A program made the translations under genes and the position numbers. From Antedon mediterranea (Eukaryota > Animalia > Echinodermata), in assembly GCF_964355755.1 (NCBI RefSeq), contig NC_092676.1:26740871-26804870 (forward strand): DNA of 64,000 bases, given 5' to 3'. Under the pieces are notes generated by a model. It ran no database searches. It saw only the letters and a program-made list of their open reading frames with translations, and was not told where the DNA came from. This document shows positions 37,448-49,759 of this stretch, piece after piece (the stretch's first letter is position 1; each line of letters begins with the position of its first letter).

Positions 37448-38718
37448 TTAAGAATTTGTTTTGAATTTTTCACAAAAAGTAGATGAAAATATAAATATGA
37501 ATGCGCATTAGTCAACACTTTTCGATTTGTGCCAATAAATTTGACTAGTGGAAAAACAGCTTTACATACATTTGTTTTTTATCGAGAGTTGATTTTTTAA
37601 ACTGTTGTTCAGTATGAACTGTTAAAATACATACTTTGGAGGAACCACACCCGAAGGACATCCAAACTTTACTCTCTACGCACTTGACTCGACTCAACTA
37701 CTTTTCAGATGCCAAAAGAATTATCTGTTTGTGCCATATTTTATCATGGTATTCAACAATACAAACAAACAAGACTTTCTAGAAAGTACAATAGGTGTTA
37801 TTGAATTCTTACAACTCGGATTTATTGGTAACTTTTTATTTCTCTTGCAGATTAGATAATAGTCCTTTAACAATATAAACTTTACAATAGTGCTATAAAT
37901 GTAAAGCTACTTAACTCAACTTAAGTAATACAACTGAAATCATAGCTCAACTGTGTATCTATGCCATTTGGATATGTGTAAAATAATAAAGAAGTACCAT
38001 ATTATCTTTCTTAAATTACGTTGTTTCTTTTTGTTTTTTTTTCTAATATTTTCATGTCGCAACACACACAGAATGACTTTTTAACTCGACAGCTGTGACA
38101 TTGCAATTGATGAATAAAAGTGTGAAAATATTATTACACTCACTAGAAACTTTACTTTATATAAAAATAAAACATAATTTATACTGAAAATGTTTATTAT
38201 TAAATAATATTTCAGGGGAAATTAAAGATAAAACAAGTAATATTTGATGTTTTTTATGCTTTTAATACAGGTACTATCAATGAAAAATATAAAATAATAA
38301 AAATACAAACTAATACTGGAGGTATCAAAAGTTAAATACTGGACTCGGATTTAACCTTTGAAACCAATACAACTTTAGTTTAGTTTCGGTTTCAATTCAT
38401 TGCCACTATTTACATATACATGACAACACATTTTCACAAGATGAATTTAAACAATAAAAATAAGAATTTTACCTTTTTAATTTTATGAATTTTTAAAAAG
38501 AAACTTCTTTGAAGTTTACAGTACATTTGAGTTTTTGTACTTTTATAGTATTGGTTTATGGAAAAAAGAAAACAGTTTTTAATATGTACCTGTGCCTTGT
38601 CTAAAAATCAATTTAGCTTCATACATAGATAGTCTGGATGCAATGAAACCATCTGTGGAAATACAGTAACCGCATTAGATACCTAACCCTACAGTAGCTG
38701 TCTTGGATACTTTATTTA

Positions 38719-39376
38719 AGCCTGTTTTCCTGTCGACGTTAAGTTTCGTTGAGTTTAAAATCGTTAAAGTTGAATAGCGATTACGATGATCGAGTCAGAC
38801 CGCTAATATTTACACATTTTGACGCGATCGTTCAAAGTTTCTTGGTTCTCTCGAGCGTTGCTGGGACATGTGGATGTAAAGTATTGCAAAACCAAGGCCG
38901 GCCACATGCAACCGGGCCCGCGTGAAAATTGAAAAAGTTAAGGGTTTTGATGCTTCAATCCAGCGTAGGACATGCTTTCGTTGATATCTTAATCTAGGCT
39001 TACATTAAAGACAAACATTAAATTTAATTGGTTTAATTTTATAATTTAATTTGACTTTTTTAAATATCAGACCTTAAAAGTGTACAAAAAAGGTGAAAAA
39101 CATCGTCGCGTTGTAAAAATTCAATAATTGTCAGCGCGTGACTACTTTTTCACAAACTGCAATGACATAATTTGTGAACCATTTGATTGGTCAGTTTTAA
39201 CGATCGTAAAAATCGTTAAAATCTTAAATCGTTAAAGTTGAACCGAGTTCAACTTTAACGATTTAAGATTTTAACGATTTTAAACGTTAATTTCTACCCC
39301 CTTTTCCTGTCAAATCGTTGAATCTGTCAACTCAACGCAACTTAAGGCAACTTAACGATCGACAGGAAAACAGGCT
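38719..39376. mobile_element. Non-autonomous PIF/Harbinger-like DNA transposon, 658 bp
   Basis: TTA|AGCCTGTTTTCCTGTCGA ... TCGACAGGAAAACAGGCT|TTA (perfect 18-bp TIR, 3-bp TTA TSD); internal palindrome at ~39211-39280. Confidence 0.88.
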
Positions 39377-40552
39377 TTAGTTTGTAGATTTTATAACATT
39401 ATAGTAAAACGCTACACTATTGTTCCAATTGTCTCTTAATACCACAACAAAATAAAGGGTTTTCAATCGCAATACAGTATTTTAAATACTAATGGGTATA
39501 TACCCTCTTTATAACAATCTGAGGCTCGAGTTTACCTGAGCCATTATTTTATTTCAAAAACAATACTTACTACAGGGTAAGGGAGTACAAATGGTTGTTA
39601 TATATTGTATTCAAAACCACAAACTCAGCCATTAAATCTTTTTATATATTCTTCCCATAAAAATCAGCTAAAATTACTCCAGAATGACGAACATTTTTGG
39701 AATGTTAAAATTGTTTCCCATATTGTCAGAGAATTATTTCTATTTATCCATTAAGAGCTAGTTAAATGAGTTCAGGTTGTCAATTCCTACTTTTTTAAAG
39801 TGTTCTGTTTATTTTCTTATGTCAAAGTGTCCACTAACTTGAGGTAATATAATGAATTTTATTGCACTATAGATCGTAAGAGTGAAGTATGACCAAAAAG
39901 CCTGGAAAGTATGTAGTATTAGTAATGACATTTATATTGCAACCCCTTTTTTGGAACAATTATAACACCCTGCACTTTTAACTTGGCCTCTATAAATTCC
40001 CCTAAATATTAAAACAAACGCATTAGTCTTTTGATCTGCAATTATTCCATTTCAAACTGATTTTCTTGTCAATATGTCAATCTATTTTGTGTATCTTTAT
40101 TTAAGATCTGTCTATACTATACAAACTAGACAAATAAAGTGTGCTCAAATAATGGTAGTGATATGCCCAAATATGGTAGTGAAATGACATCATCAGTTGT
40201 TTCAAGGGGTATTGATGTGATATATTTTTTGTTTATTCATTTAAATGAATACTCTTTGAAGTGTTGAGGGAGGCGTAGTGTCTGTTTATAATACAGCTAA
40301 TGTGAATATTTATACATAGATTAACCACACTATTAGTTGAATATTGTATCAAAGGTTCAAAGCATAATAGTATCTTATAGATAAAAGATAGTATTTTTTG
40401 CTGAATAATCAAATAAAGAAGATACTATTAACTGAACTGAACTTAACTTAACAAACAAGACTAGGGGCGATGAACTTAGGTCTCTTACAAATTGTACATT
40501 TTTATAGCACACTTCCCTGTTGAAAAATGAACAATACATGTTTCAACAGTAT

Positions 40553-40790
40553 GGAGTTGTGGCTTGGTGGTTATGATGCTTGGCTACCACTCCAAGGGTC
40601 CTGGGTTCAAGTCCTGTCACATGTCAGTTTTTTTTCTAAGGACCAAATTACTCCACTCCCAAAGACTTGTAATAAGACTTGTTTATGTAGAGCATCTTGT
40701 GTATATGTTTGTCTTGTGAACCTCTGAGGGTCCCTAATAATCAGCAATAGCTGGATGGAACACCCTCATTAAATATGGTTTTTTTTAAAA
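40553..40790 (+). mobile_element. tRNA-derived SINE family 1, near full length
   Basis: A box GTGGCTTGGTGG, B box GGGTTCAAGTCC, body matches 13128; 3' end GAGGGTCCCTAATAATCAGC...CACCCTCAT. Confidence 0.82.
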
Positions 40791-41506
40791 ATGGCCAATC
40801 TCTATTTAAAGAACACCTTTAATTTTATTTGGTTCAGAAGGAGTCCCCATAAATATGGATACCTGCTTCAATTCAGTATGACTAAAAAGTACTACTGTGG
40901 TAAAGTTAGGTTTCCGCAAACCTAACTTTACTAGTGTTTATTCGCCATGCAAACCTTTAAACTTTAATGATTAAAAAGTACACATGTTTTAATTTTTTAA
41001 ATGAAATATAATCACTTTATTTTGAATCTGATATTTTGCATCTGGTTATTTAACACTAATCATTTTTGTTTTCAAAATAATTTAAAATAGTAATGATTTA
41101 ATATAATAACAATTTAATGAATACTAATGTTACCATATCTACGTTTCACAGAGGAGATCTGTACAAAACCTTTTGCATTGTGTCTGCCTATTTCAGACTA
41201 AAGCATAATATAGATGTAAAGATTAGTACAAGAAAAATACTATCTAGAATATCTTTCTAGAATATACAGTATATTAAATATTTGAAATAAAATATTTAAC
41301 TTCGTTTAAACATTAAATTGATCATCATTTTAAAAATATAGTTTTGAACATTAAATTTTGCATTGAAATTTACAATTAATTTGTAACAATATTGCAGTCA
41401 ATCAAAATACAAATTTCTATTTATATGTGCAATGGACCTCATAATTTGTTTTCTATTATTATTATTTTGAATATTATATACAGAACATTAAGGATCATCT
41501 GCTTCT

Positions 41507-43186
41507 TTATTTTTGTCTGTCCATTTCATCCTTCATAGCTGGGATAAGACCATCCCTAAACGCGATGTCAAGCAGCTCTTGACTACTTTCAACTTTGGGA
41601 TTTTGTCTTCCGGCCCAAATCAAGAAGTGTCTGAACTCATACCAGTCAATCATGCCATCTTGGTCCATATCCATAGCTTTTAAGCCTTGTTGGCTGTCTT
41701 CACAGCGATAGCATCCGAAGTATGGCGCCATAAAACCGATATAAAAATGGTCAAAGGTCAAACGATTATCTACCTTGCTGCCATGTCTTCCATCCCATTC
41801 ATCCCAAGATTTCTTAATCTCATCTATGAGGGTGTTAATGTATGGAGAGTTCTTGTTATCCTGTGCGATGATTCCGGCCATCTCATTTGTCAACTTTCCA
41901 CCAGCTTGATCAAACAACATGGCAAGTCCTACTTTACTGTTATATTCTTCCTTTCTGCCATCTGAAGCATTTTTCAACATCTGCTCCTTCATCTTTCCTG
42001 CCATTTCAAGAGTAAATTGTGGATCTTCACCAAACACATCATTTAGTTTTATCAGTATCATATCTGCATTCGCCATGTTTGAAATTCTAACTTCTTGTTC
42101 AATTCCGAAGAATTTGGCCATGTTAAATCCACCCTGGGCTGTAGGATCTGAGAAAATGAAGCCGAACACCAAGTCAGTTGCCCTTTCACCGTAGATTGGT
42201 TGCTTAGGATTTGGCTTTTTACCAGTGACTGCTTTGGTGACGTTGATAGCTGCTTTTCTGAGATATTCACAGTTGTATTGTTTCAATACTTTTGTGTTTC
42301 CAAGTCTGATCAAGTTCAAAATGGCAGTACAAGTATCGGCATGGCCAAGTGCAGCGCCCTCTATGCATAAGCCTGCCCACATGCCTGTAGCACCTGATGC
42401 AAGAACCTCCAGGTTGGCTGCATGCATTACACCCCACTGCTCGTGCTGGTGGAACAAAAGTTGTCCATCTTTCCATCCACATCGTTCCATCTCTTTCTTA
42501 ACGGCATGTGTCCAAGCTCCTAGCTGCTCTGGCATAACAGCACCAAGATCTTCAAATGCTAAACCGAGAATTCTTTCTTCCTTAGGAAGACTGGAGAGAT
42601 AGTTGACAACATGTCTGACACGTTCAGGATACTTAATCATAGTTGTGGAGAAATCTCTGAAGTTGACTAAAATTAATGAATCTTTGGAAAGATTAGCTCG
42701 AATCCAGTCGATTTTTTCTTTGAAATACTTGCAAACTTCATCCATGTTCATCTTATTATAATCAATCTTGTAATACATCAGGTCAAATTCGAGGAACACG
42801 TTATTTATGCCAAACTCTTTACATTTCAACATTCCAATTGGGATGTCAGGCTGAGGAACTTTATCAACTATCTTCTCCCACAGTTCTGAGAAGGCAAACG
42901 CATTTGATAGGTCTTCACCCTTTGCATTTAGTTCTTCCAAAAACAGATCTCCAATTCTTGTCTGATGGTTGAAAGATTCCACGATGAAGTATTTAAACCT
43001 GCATTTCTTAATCTCTTCATAGATTGCTCGCTTGTTCTCGATAGTGTGTGCCTTTAACGAAGCTACAGTCGTCTCTCGCAAAGAGTTGTCAAGAACAAAG
43101 AGCTCCATGTTCTTCAATCTCTCATGATCCTTGTTAACTGCAGTCATTTTTTTTTCAATGTTTTCATGAAATTTAGCAGAACTCAT
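41507..43186 (-). CDS. DRE-TIM metallolyase-like barrel + EF-hand protein, copy 1 (559 aa)
   Basis: Uninterrupted ORF. LDNSLRE (cf. DSTLREG/DTTLRDG), FHQHEQWG (cf. HxHNDxG), GLCIEGAALGHADT (cf. GLGERAGNA); canonical EF loop DMDQDGMIDWYE preceded by a degenerate EF hand. Confidence 0.9.
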   Translation of the reverse strand: MSSAKFHENIEKKMTAVNKDHERLKNMELFVLDNSLRETTVASLKAHTIENKRAIYEEIKKCRFKYFIVESFNHQTRIGDLFLEELNAKGEDLSNAFAFSELWEKIVDKVPQPDIPIGMLKCKEFGINNVFLEFDLMYYKIDYNKMNMDEVCKYFKEKIDWIRANLSKDSLILVNFRDFSTTMIKYPERVRHVVNYLSSLPKEERILGLAFEDLGAVMPEQLGAWTHAVKKEMERCGWKDGQLLFHQHEQWGVMHAANLEVLASGATGMWAGLCIEGAALGHADTCTAILNLIRLGNTKVLKQYNCEYLRKAAINVTKAVTGKKPNPKQPIYGERATDLVFGFIFSDPTAQGGFNMAKFFGIEQEVRISNMANADMILIKLNDVFGEDPQFTLEMAGKMKEQMLKNASDGRKEEYNSKVGLAMLFDQAGGKLTNEMAGIIAQDNKNSPYINTLIDEIKKSWDEWDGRHGSKVDNRLTFDHFYIGFMAPYFGCYRCEDSQQGLKAMDMDQDGMIDWYEFRHFLIWAGRQNPKVESSQELLDIAFRDGLIPAMKDEMDRQK

Positions 43187-43415
43187 GATTGACTAGCTGA
43201 AAAAAAAGAGTAGTGTTTGTTCACCTACTGACAGATCTACTTTAATTTAAATTTTCCCTAAATGACTAGAGCTTTTTGATTGTTGTGCATTGATTTGCAT
43301 CCACAATTTCTATAACTAGTTTTCAACAGGTTTTATCTTGATAATGTCATAGTTTTGTTTGACAATAATGATTATCAAATATTTTGAACCATGCTAAATT
43401 GTACATCTCAGTAAC

Positions 43416-43613
43416 CAGTGGTGTAATGGCTATGAGCGCTCACTGGCTAAACTCAGGGGCCCCGGATCTTATGGGGCCCCTGAGGAGTGTCCAGAGGAAA
43501 AAGCAGACATTCAAATATGTCGGAAAAGGCTAGAATCACCCGATGCCTCCAGCGTTGGAGGGCCACTTGGGGTTCCTAAGCCAGGGGCCTCAGGTCTCTC
43601 CATTACGCCACTG
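43416..43613. mobile_element. hAT-like MITE, 198 bp
   Basis: TIR CAGTGGTGTAATGG/CCATTACGCCACTG; 8-bp TSD TCAGTAAC/TCGGTAAC (7 of 8 match). Confidence 0.85.
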
Positions 43614-43968
43614 TCGGTAACATAACACAAAAAAGAATACCTTAGTTTTACTTTTTACTTGACTCTAAAAGTATGTAATAACTTCACTTCAAGAATTTCT
43701 ATATTAAGAAAGAAATACAAAATTCTAAAGTGTCTAATTCTAAGTATCGCTGCACATATTTTAAGATGCATACCTTTATGAAGCAATTAAAATTAATATA
43801 TATATTACAGATACAATAATCTACCTTACTTACTTTTAAATTGTTGCAGACGTTTGACTGAATTAAGTGCTATTGCAAAATGTATAGACTTCCAGGTCCT
43901 ATTGGTACTGACTCTTCACAGTGTCCTATAGTCTTGTCATCAATGATGCTCATGTCCGGTATGAACTG

Positions 43969-44007
43969 CTTTTATAACTAAATGTTATCTCTTATCTCTC
44001 TTATCGT
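43969..44007 (-). promoter_or_regulatory. Putative promoter of copy 1: TATA box with three adjacent GATA sites
   Basis: CTTTTATAAC (TATAAAAG on minus) then GTTATCTCTTATCTCTCTTATCG; downstream donor-like sites at ~43830 and ~43640 suggest 5' UTR exons. Confidence 0.45.
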
Positions 44008-44097
44008 ATAAAGGCATTGAACAGAAGGGTTTGTTTGCTAAGCAATTTAGATAAACATCAGAATGTCTGATTTAGTTTGTCCAACGTCATCGGAGTT

Positions 44098-44500
44098 CAG
44101 TTGAATGACCACCGCCACCAAGGTTTAGTTGAATGACCACCTCCACCAGGGTTTAGTTGAATGACCACCGCCACGAGAGTTTAGTTGAATGACCACCGCC
44201 ACTAAGGTTTAGTTGTATGACCACCGCCACCAGGGTTTTAGTTGTATGACCACCATCACCATGTTTAAATGAATGATTACCGTCACCAGGGTTTAGTTGA
44301 ATGACCACCGCCACCAGAGTTTAGTTGAATGACCACCTCCACCAAGGTTTAGTTGTATGACCACCGTCACCATGTTTAAATAACTTACCACCGCCCCTAG
44401 GGTTTAGTTGAATGACCACCGCCACCAGGGTTGAGATGAATGACCACCGTCATGTTTAAATGAATGACTACCGTCACCAGGGTTTAGTTGAAGGACCACT
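44098..44500. repeat. 28-bp minisatellite (TTAGTTGAATGACCACCGCCACCAGGGT), ~14 degenerate units
   Basis: Period 28 visible. Confidence 0.95.
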
Positions 44501-45821
44501 AGGCTTCTTTTGAATCACCATTTCTTGCCTGGTTTTATTGAAACATGGTTTTACATTCTACCCATTTTTCATGAACAAAACTAAAATCTAAATTCCACTT
44601 CTCTGCATTCAAAAAATTGGGTGATATTAGAGGTGAAAAGTTGAACCCAGGTTAATATACTACAATTGTGTTTACTATAGTTTATGTGCAGCAAATCACA
44701 TTACACTGTCTGATTGACATAGACAAACGTCATCAACTGTCAACATGCCTAATATTTGGTTCAATTCATAACTTTATTATGACAATTACTTGTTATTGAG
44801 TGTCAAAACCAGTGTCATAACCAGTGTCATAACCAGTGTCATAACCAGTGTAAACAGCTTTAGTATCGTCGTATATCGTGCGTTTATAAGTATCATATAT
44901 GAGTAAAAAACTCAAGTTAATTAATTATACTATAATATTTAATATTATTCACCGACCTATACTTGTTTACATAAAAAAAAATTGACAAAAAAAGTGTGAT
45001 GTGCCCAAATATGGTAGTGATATGACATCATCGTAATGTGTAGCTGTGGTTAGCATGCTTGCCTTCAATCCCACTGTCCAGGGTTTTAAATCCTGACCTA
45101 GTACCACTCCCAAAGCCTCAAATTAAACTTAGTTTATAAGCATGGTAAAATACTTTATCCATCCTTTAATTCACGATTTCCGTATGAATAATGTCTAATG
45201 CTACTAGACACACCTTTAATGTTCACCGTTTCAATTTATGTTTTGACTGACTATCTATATTATAATAGCACTAACCCAAAATGTGTTACTCTGTCTCCCC
45301 TTAAATCGTACAACAGATACTCTGTCTGTTTCAGATTATTATTCATTATTTATAAAGCGTATTTCCAGAAGATCTGTACAGAGAGACTTTTTAACAGAAC
45401 CACATACAACAAAAATTAAATAAAAATGCAACTTAGGGAACACATGCGTTTTGAGATGTTTTTTAAAAAGACCTTTTCCTCTTTGTCCATTCGGCTATAG
45501 AACAGCACATTTTCAGGAAAAATTTGTTTTTTAGACATCTGGAAACCTCTGCAAGGTATTCCAGTACAGGTAATTATATTATACCAGCAGATACCATAAT
45601 ACAGTATACCACATTACCACATTTACACTTAAAGAGGAAAATATTTATCGGCGCATATGGCTCATTAGTTTCAGTATTTCAGTAGCATAGTGGCTATATA
45701 GTTTAATTAGATTGGATTACAGTTAGTGTTAAGTAGGCCTTTCATTTTCCGAGTTTGTGACCCCTTGTAGATGGCTCAGGTCTCAGTAGCTTGTTATAAA
45801 AACAGTCCATATACTAAACTT

Positions 45822-46672
45822 TCATTTCATTATTTATTTGGTCTATTTGAGTATATACATAACAAAAAAAACTGAAATTGGGGAGACCAGGGTCAACCTA
45901 AGTGAACTGAATCACTGTAGCTGAGCCGGTTGACCCAACCCAAAAGACAGTTTAGACATAAAAGACAAAAGACAAAATACAGTTACAGCGAATCAAAATG
46001 AATATGAACTTTTCTAATGAAGGCTGATGGGCTTTCTAGGACTGCAGCATCAGTCAACGGTCTGGGAAGCTGGTCCCAGACACGGGGTAACCTGATTGTA
46101 ATAGAATGGAAAAAAGCCTGTGTCCTTGATGCTTGATGTCTGAAGCACAGGCGATCATTGTGACGGGTATTTATTAAAATACAGTCATGAACTGTGCTAC
46201 AGTCCAGAAACCCCACCAGAACCTTAAAACAAAATATAATAAGAAATTTATCTCTTCTAACGGACAAAGATGAAACAGAAAGCAAATTTAACCTCTCCTC
46301 AGAGCACATCTGTCCACGATGCTGTTTGAGAGCAAGACGAGTTGCTCTCCTATGGACCCCCTCAAGCTGATCTGACAAAGACTTCGTCCATGGAAACCAA
46401 GCAGGTTGCGCATACTCCAGACCAGGCAAAACAAGACTTTTGTACAAAGACAAAAATGCACTGGTCGAAGCATGTCCAGCCACACTCCAAACAAAGCCCA
46501 ACATACGTTTAGCTTTGGAAACATGGACATGGTCATCCCAGGTCAATTTTGAGTTAAAAATAACACCAAGGTATTTAAAAGATGTCACCGGACTAATATG
46601 AGAGTCAGACAAAAGGTATTTAGACAACTGTCTGTTACGTGAACGTGTGACATGCAGGACATTCGTCTTCAT
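45822..46672 (-). mobile_element. 5'-truncated LINE 3' fragment (CR1/L2-group-like)
   Basis: FKYLGVIF...LYKSLVLPGLEYA...LEGVHRRATR...RLPRVWDQLP; tail CAAATAAATAATGAAATGAAA. Confidence 0.85.
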
Positions 46673-47126
46673 CCCATGACATCATCACACCTCCCATGAC
46701 ATCATCACACCTCCCATGACATCATTACACCTCCCATGACATCATCACACCTCCCATGACATCATCACACCTCCCATGACATCATTACACCTCCCATCAC
46801 ACCTCCCATGACATCATCACACCTCCCATGACATCATCACACCTCTCATGACATCATTACACCTCCAATAACATCATCACACCTCCCATGACATCATCAC
46901 ACCTCCCATGACATCATTACACCTCCCATGACATCATCACACCTCCCATGACATCATCACACCTCCCATGACATCATTACACCTCCCATGACATCATCAC
47001 ACCTCCCACGACATCATCACACCTCTCATGACATCATTACACCTCCAATAACATCATCACACCTCCCATTATATCATCACACCTCCCATGACATCATCAC
47101 ACCTTCCATGACATCATCACACCTCA
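46673..47126. repeat. 20-bp minisatellite (CCCATGACATCATCACACCT), ~22 copies
   Basis: Directly visible; abuts the truncated 5' end of the LINE. Confidence 0.97.
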
Positions 47127-48079
47127 CTTTATAGTCAATTTTTCAAATCATTGTCAATTGTCAACTACATTAATTACTAGTGACCTCATGAAATAAATCA
47201 CATTAACATTAATGTTTTTATTGTGGATTTAATAATATGAAGATTAACAAATAACTAAACTGAAAAGTTGCTAAAAATAACTACATCGCTATACTAATAA
47301 CTAAATATAACAAGAAATATTTCTTACAAAAAACGCCGCGTAACTTTTTGACTGGTCAGTTGTAAGAACAATCTTCATTAATCTAATAATGCCCTTTGTA
47401 TTTTGTAAAAAATAAATAGACATTGACTTATTATCAATCAACTTTTTGTGTATTTATTTATGTGGATTTCGTGAAAAGATATTTATTATATTAATAGTAA
47501 TACTGATTAATTAATTTGAAACGATACGAGAGGAATCTGTATGATAAAGCTTCTTAATGAGATACATACACATCAAAGATAGTTCTTTAATTATGAATTA
47601 CATGCCCATTTTTCACTAGTTAATTATATACTATAAATACACAATACATTTTTAATAATTTATGGAAAAAATGTTTTTTTTACCATGGAAATGTGTAACA
47701 AAATAAAAATGTGTTGATTAATCGCAAAAATACACAAACTAATAGTTATTAAATTGTAAATCACATCATGCCCATTTTTTTAATATAAAAATGTTATCAG
47801 TACAAATGCAAACAACATTTAATTGTGCTTTACACAAAAATAAATCACATCACCAAAAGCGCTATAAATGAATTTAACTTATTCCTCTATTAATTATTTA
47901 GTTACTACAAATGCAAAGAAATCAAACTGTTGGTTAGAAACTTCTATTAGAGAACCATTTATAAATCAATCAATAAAATAAATTTTATTCCATTAAAATG
48001 AAACATTTTGGTTAGAGTATATCATCAGAAGTAGAGAACTCAAAATAGGCCTAATCCTAATTAATAGTCATGTTTTCCC

Positions 48080-49759
48080 TTATTTTTTTTTATTCATTTC
48101 ATCATTCATAGCTGGGATAAGACCATCTCTAAAGGTGATGTCAAGCAGCTCCTGACTTGTTTTAACTTCAGGATGTTGTCTGCCAGCCCATATCAGGAAG
48201 TGTTTAAACTCAAACCAGTCAATCATGCCGTCTTGGTCCATATCCATAGCTTTCAAGCCTTGTTGGCTATCTTCGCAGCGATAGCAACCAAAGTACGGTG
48301 CCATAAAGCCGTTATAGAAATGGTCAAAGGTCAGTTGGTTATCTACCCTGCTGCCACCTCTTCCGTCCCATTCATCCCAAGATTCCTTAATCTCATCTAC
48401 GAGTGTGTTGATGAAGGAAGAATTCTTGGTACCCTCTGCAATGACGTCGGCCATCTCTTTTGTCAACTTCCCACCAGCTTGATCAAACAACATGGCAAGT
48501 CCTACTTTACTGTTATATTCTTCCTTTCTGCCATCTGAAACATTTTTCAACATCTGATCTTTCATCTTTCCTGCCATTTCAAGAGTAAATTGTGGATCTT
48601 CTCCAAACACATCTTTTAGTTTCATCAGTACCATATCTGCATTCGCCATGTTTGTAATTCTAACTTCTTGTTTCATTCCAAAGAATTCGGCCATATTGAA
48701 TCCTCCCTGGGCCGTAGGATCTGAGAAAATGAATCCAAACACCAAGTCAGTTGCCCTTTCACCGTAGATTGGTTGCTTAGGATTTGGCTTTTTACCACCA
48801 GTGGCAGCTTTGGTGACTCTGATAGCTGCTTTTCTGAGATATTTGCAGTTGTATTGTTTCAAGACTTTTGTGTTTCCAAGTCTGATCAAGTTCAAGATGG
48901 CAGTACAAGTATCGGCATGGCCAAGTGCAGCGCCCTCTATGCATAAGCCTGCCCACATGCCTGTAGCACCTGATGCAAGGACTTCCAGGTTAGCTGAATG
49001 CATTAAACCCCACTGCTCGTGCTGGTGGAACAAAAGTTGTCCATCATTCCATCCACATCTTTCCATCTCTCTCTTGATAGCAAGTGTCCAAGCTCCTAGC
49101 TGCTCTGGCAGTACTGCACCAAGATCTTCATATGCTAAACCCAGGATTCGTTCTTTTTTAGGAAGACTGGAGAGATAGTTGACAACATGTCTGACACGTT
49201 CAGGATACTTCATCATGGTTGTGGACAAATCTCTAAAGTTGACCAAAATCAATGAATCTTTGGAAATATTTGCCCGAATCCAGTCGATCTTTTCTTTAAA
49301 ATACTTGCAAACTTCATCCATGTTCATCTTATTATAATCAATCTTATAATACATCAGGTCAAACTCAATGAACACGTTCTTTATGCCAAACTCTTTACAT
49401 TTCAACATTCCAATTGGGATGTCAGGCTGAGGAACTTTATCAACAATCTTCTCCCACAGTTCTGAGAAGGCAAACGCATTCGATAAGTCTTCACCCTTGG
49501 CAATAAGTTCCTTCAAGAACAGATCTCCAATTCTTGTCTGATGGTTGAAAGATTCCACGATGAAGTACTTGAACCCACATTTCTTAATCTCTTCATAGAT
49601 TGCTCGCTTGTTCTCAATAGTGTGCGCCTTTAAAGTAGCTACTGTTGTCTCTCGCAAAGAGTTGTCGAGAACAAACAGTTCCAAGTTCTTCAATCTCTCT
49701 TTGTCCTTGTTAACTGCGGACATTTTCTTTTCAATGTCGGAGTAAAATGGTAAACTCAT
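48080..49759 (-). CDS. DRE-TIM metallolyase-like + EF-hand protein, copy 2 (559 aa; possible 18-aa N-terminal extension via exon 50312-50265)
   Basis: Same motifs as copy 1; acceptor TTAG|TCAACCATG at 49765. Confidence 0.9.
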   Translation of the reverse strand: MSLPFYSDIEKKMSAVNKDKERLKNLELFVLDNSLRETTVATLKAHTIENKRAIYEEIKKCGFKYFIVESFNHQTRIGDLFLKELIAKGEDLSNAFAFSELWEKIVDKVPQPDIPIGMLKCKEFGIKNVFIEFDLMYYKIDYNKMNMDEVCKYFKEKIDWIRANISKDSLILVNFRDLSTTMMKYPERVRHVVNYLSSLPKKERILGLAYEDLGAVLPEQLGAWTLAIKREMERCGWNDGQLLFHQHEQWGLMHSANLEVLASGATGMWAGLCIEGAALGHADTCTAILNLIRLGNTKVLKQYNCKYLRKAAIRVTKAATGGKKPNPKQPIYGERATDLVFGFIFSDPTAQGGFNMAEFFGMKQEVRITNMANADMVLMKLKDVFGEDPQFTLEMAGKMKDQMLKNVSDGRKEEYNSKVGLAMLFDQAGGKLTKEMADVIAEGTKNSSFINTLVDEIKESWDEWDGRGGSRVDNQLTFDHFYNGFMAPYFGCYRCEDSQQGLKAMDMDQDGMIDWFEFKHFLIWAGRQHPEVKTSQELLDITFRDGLIPAMNDEMNKKK

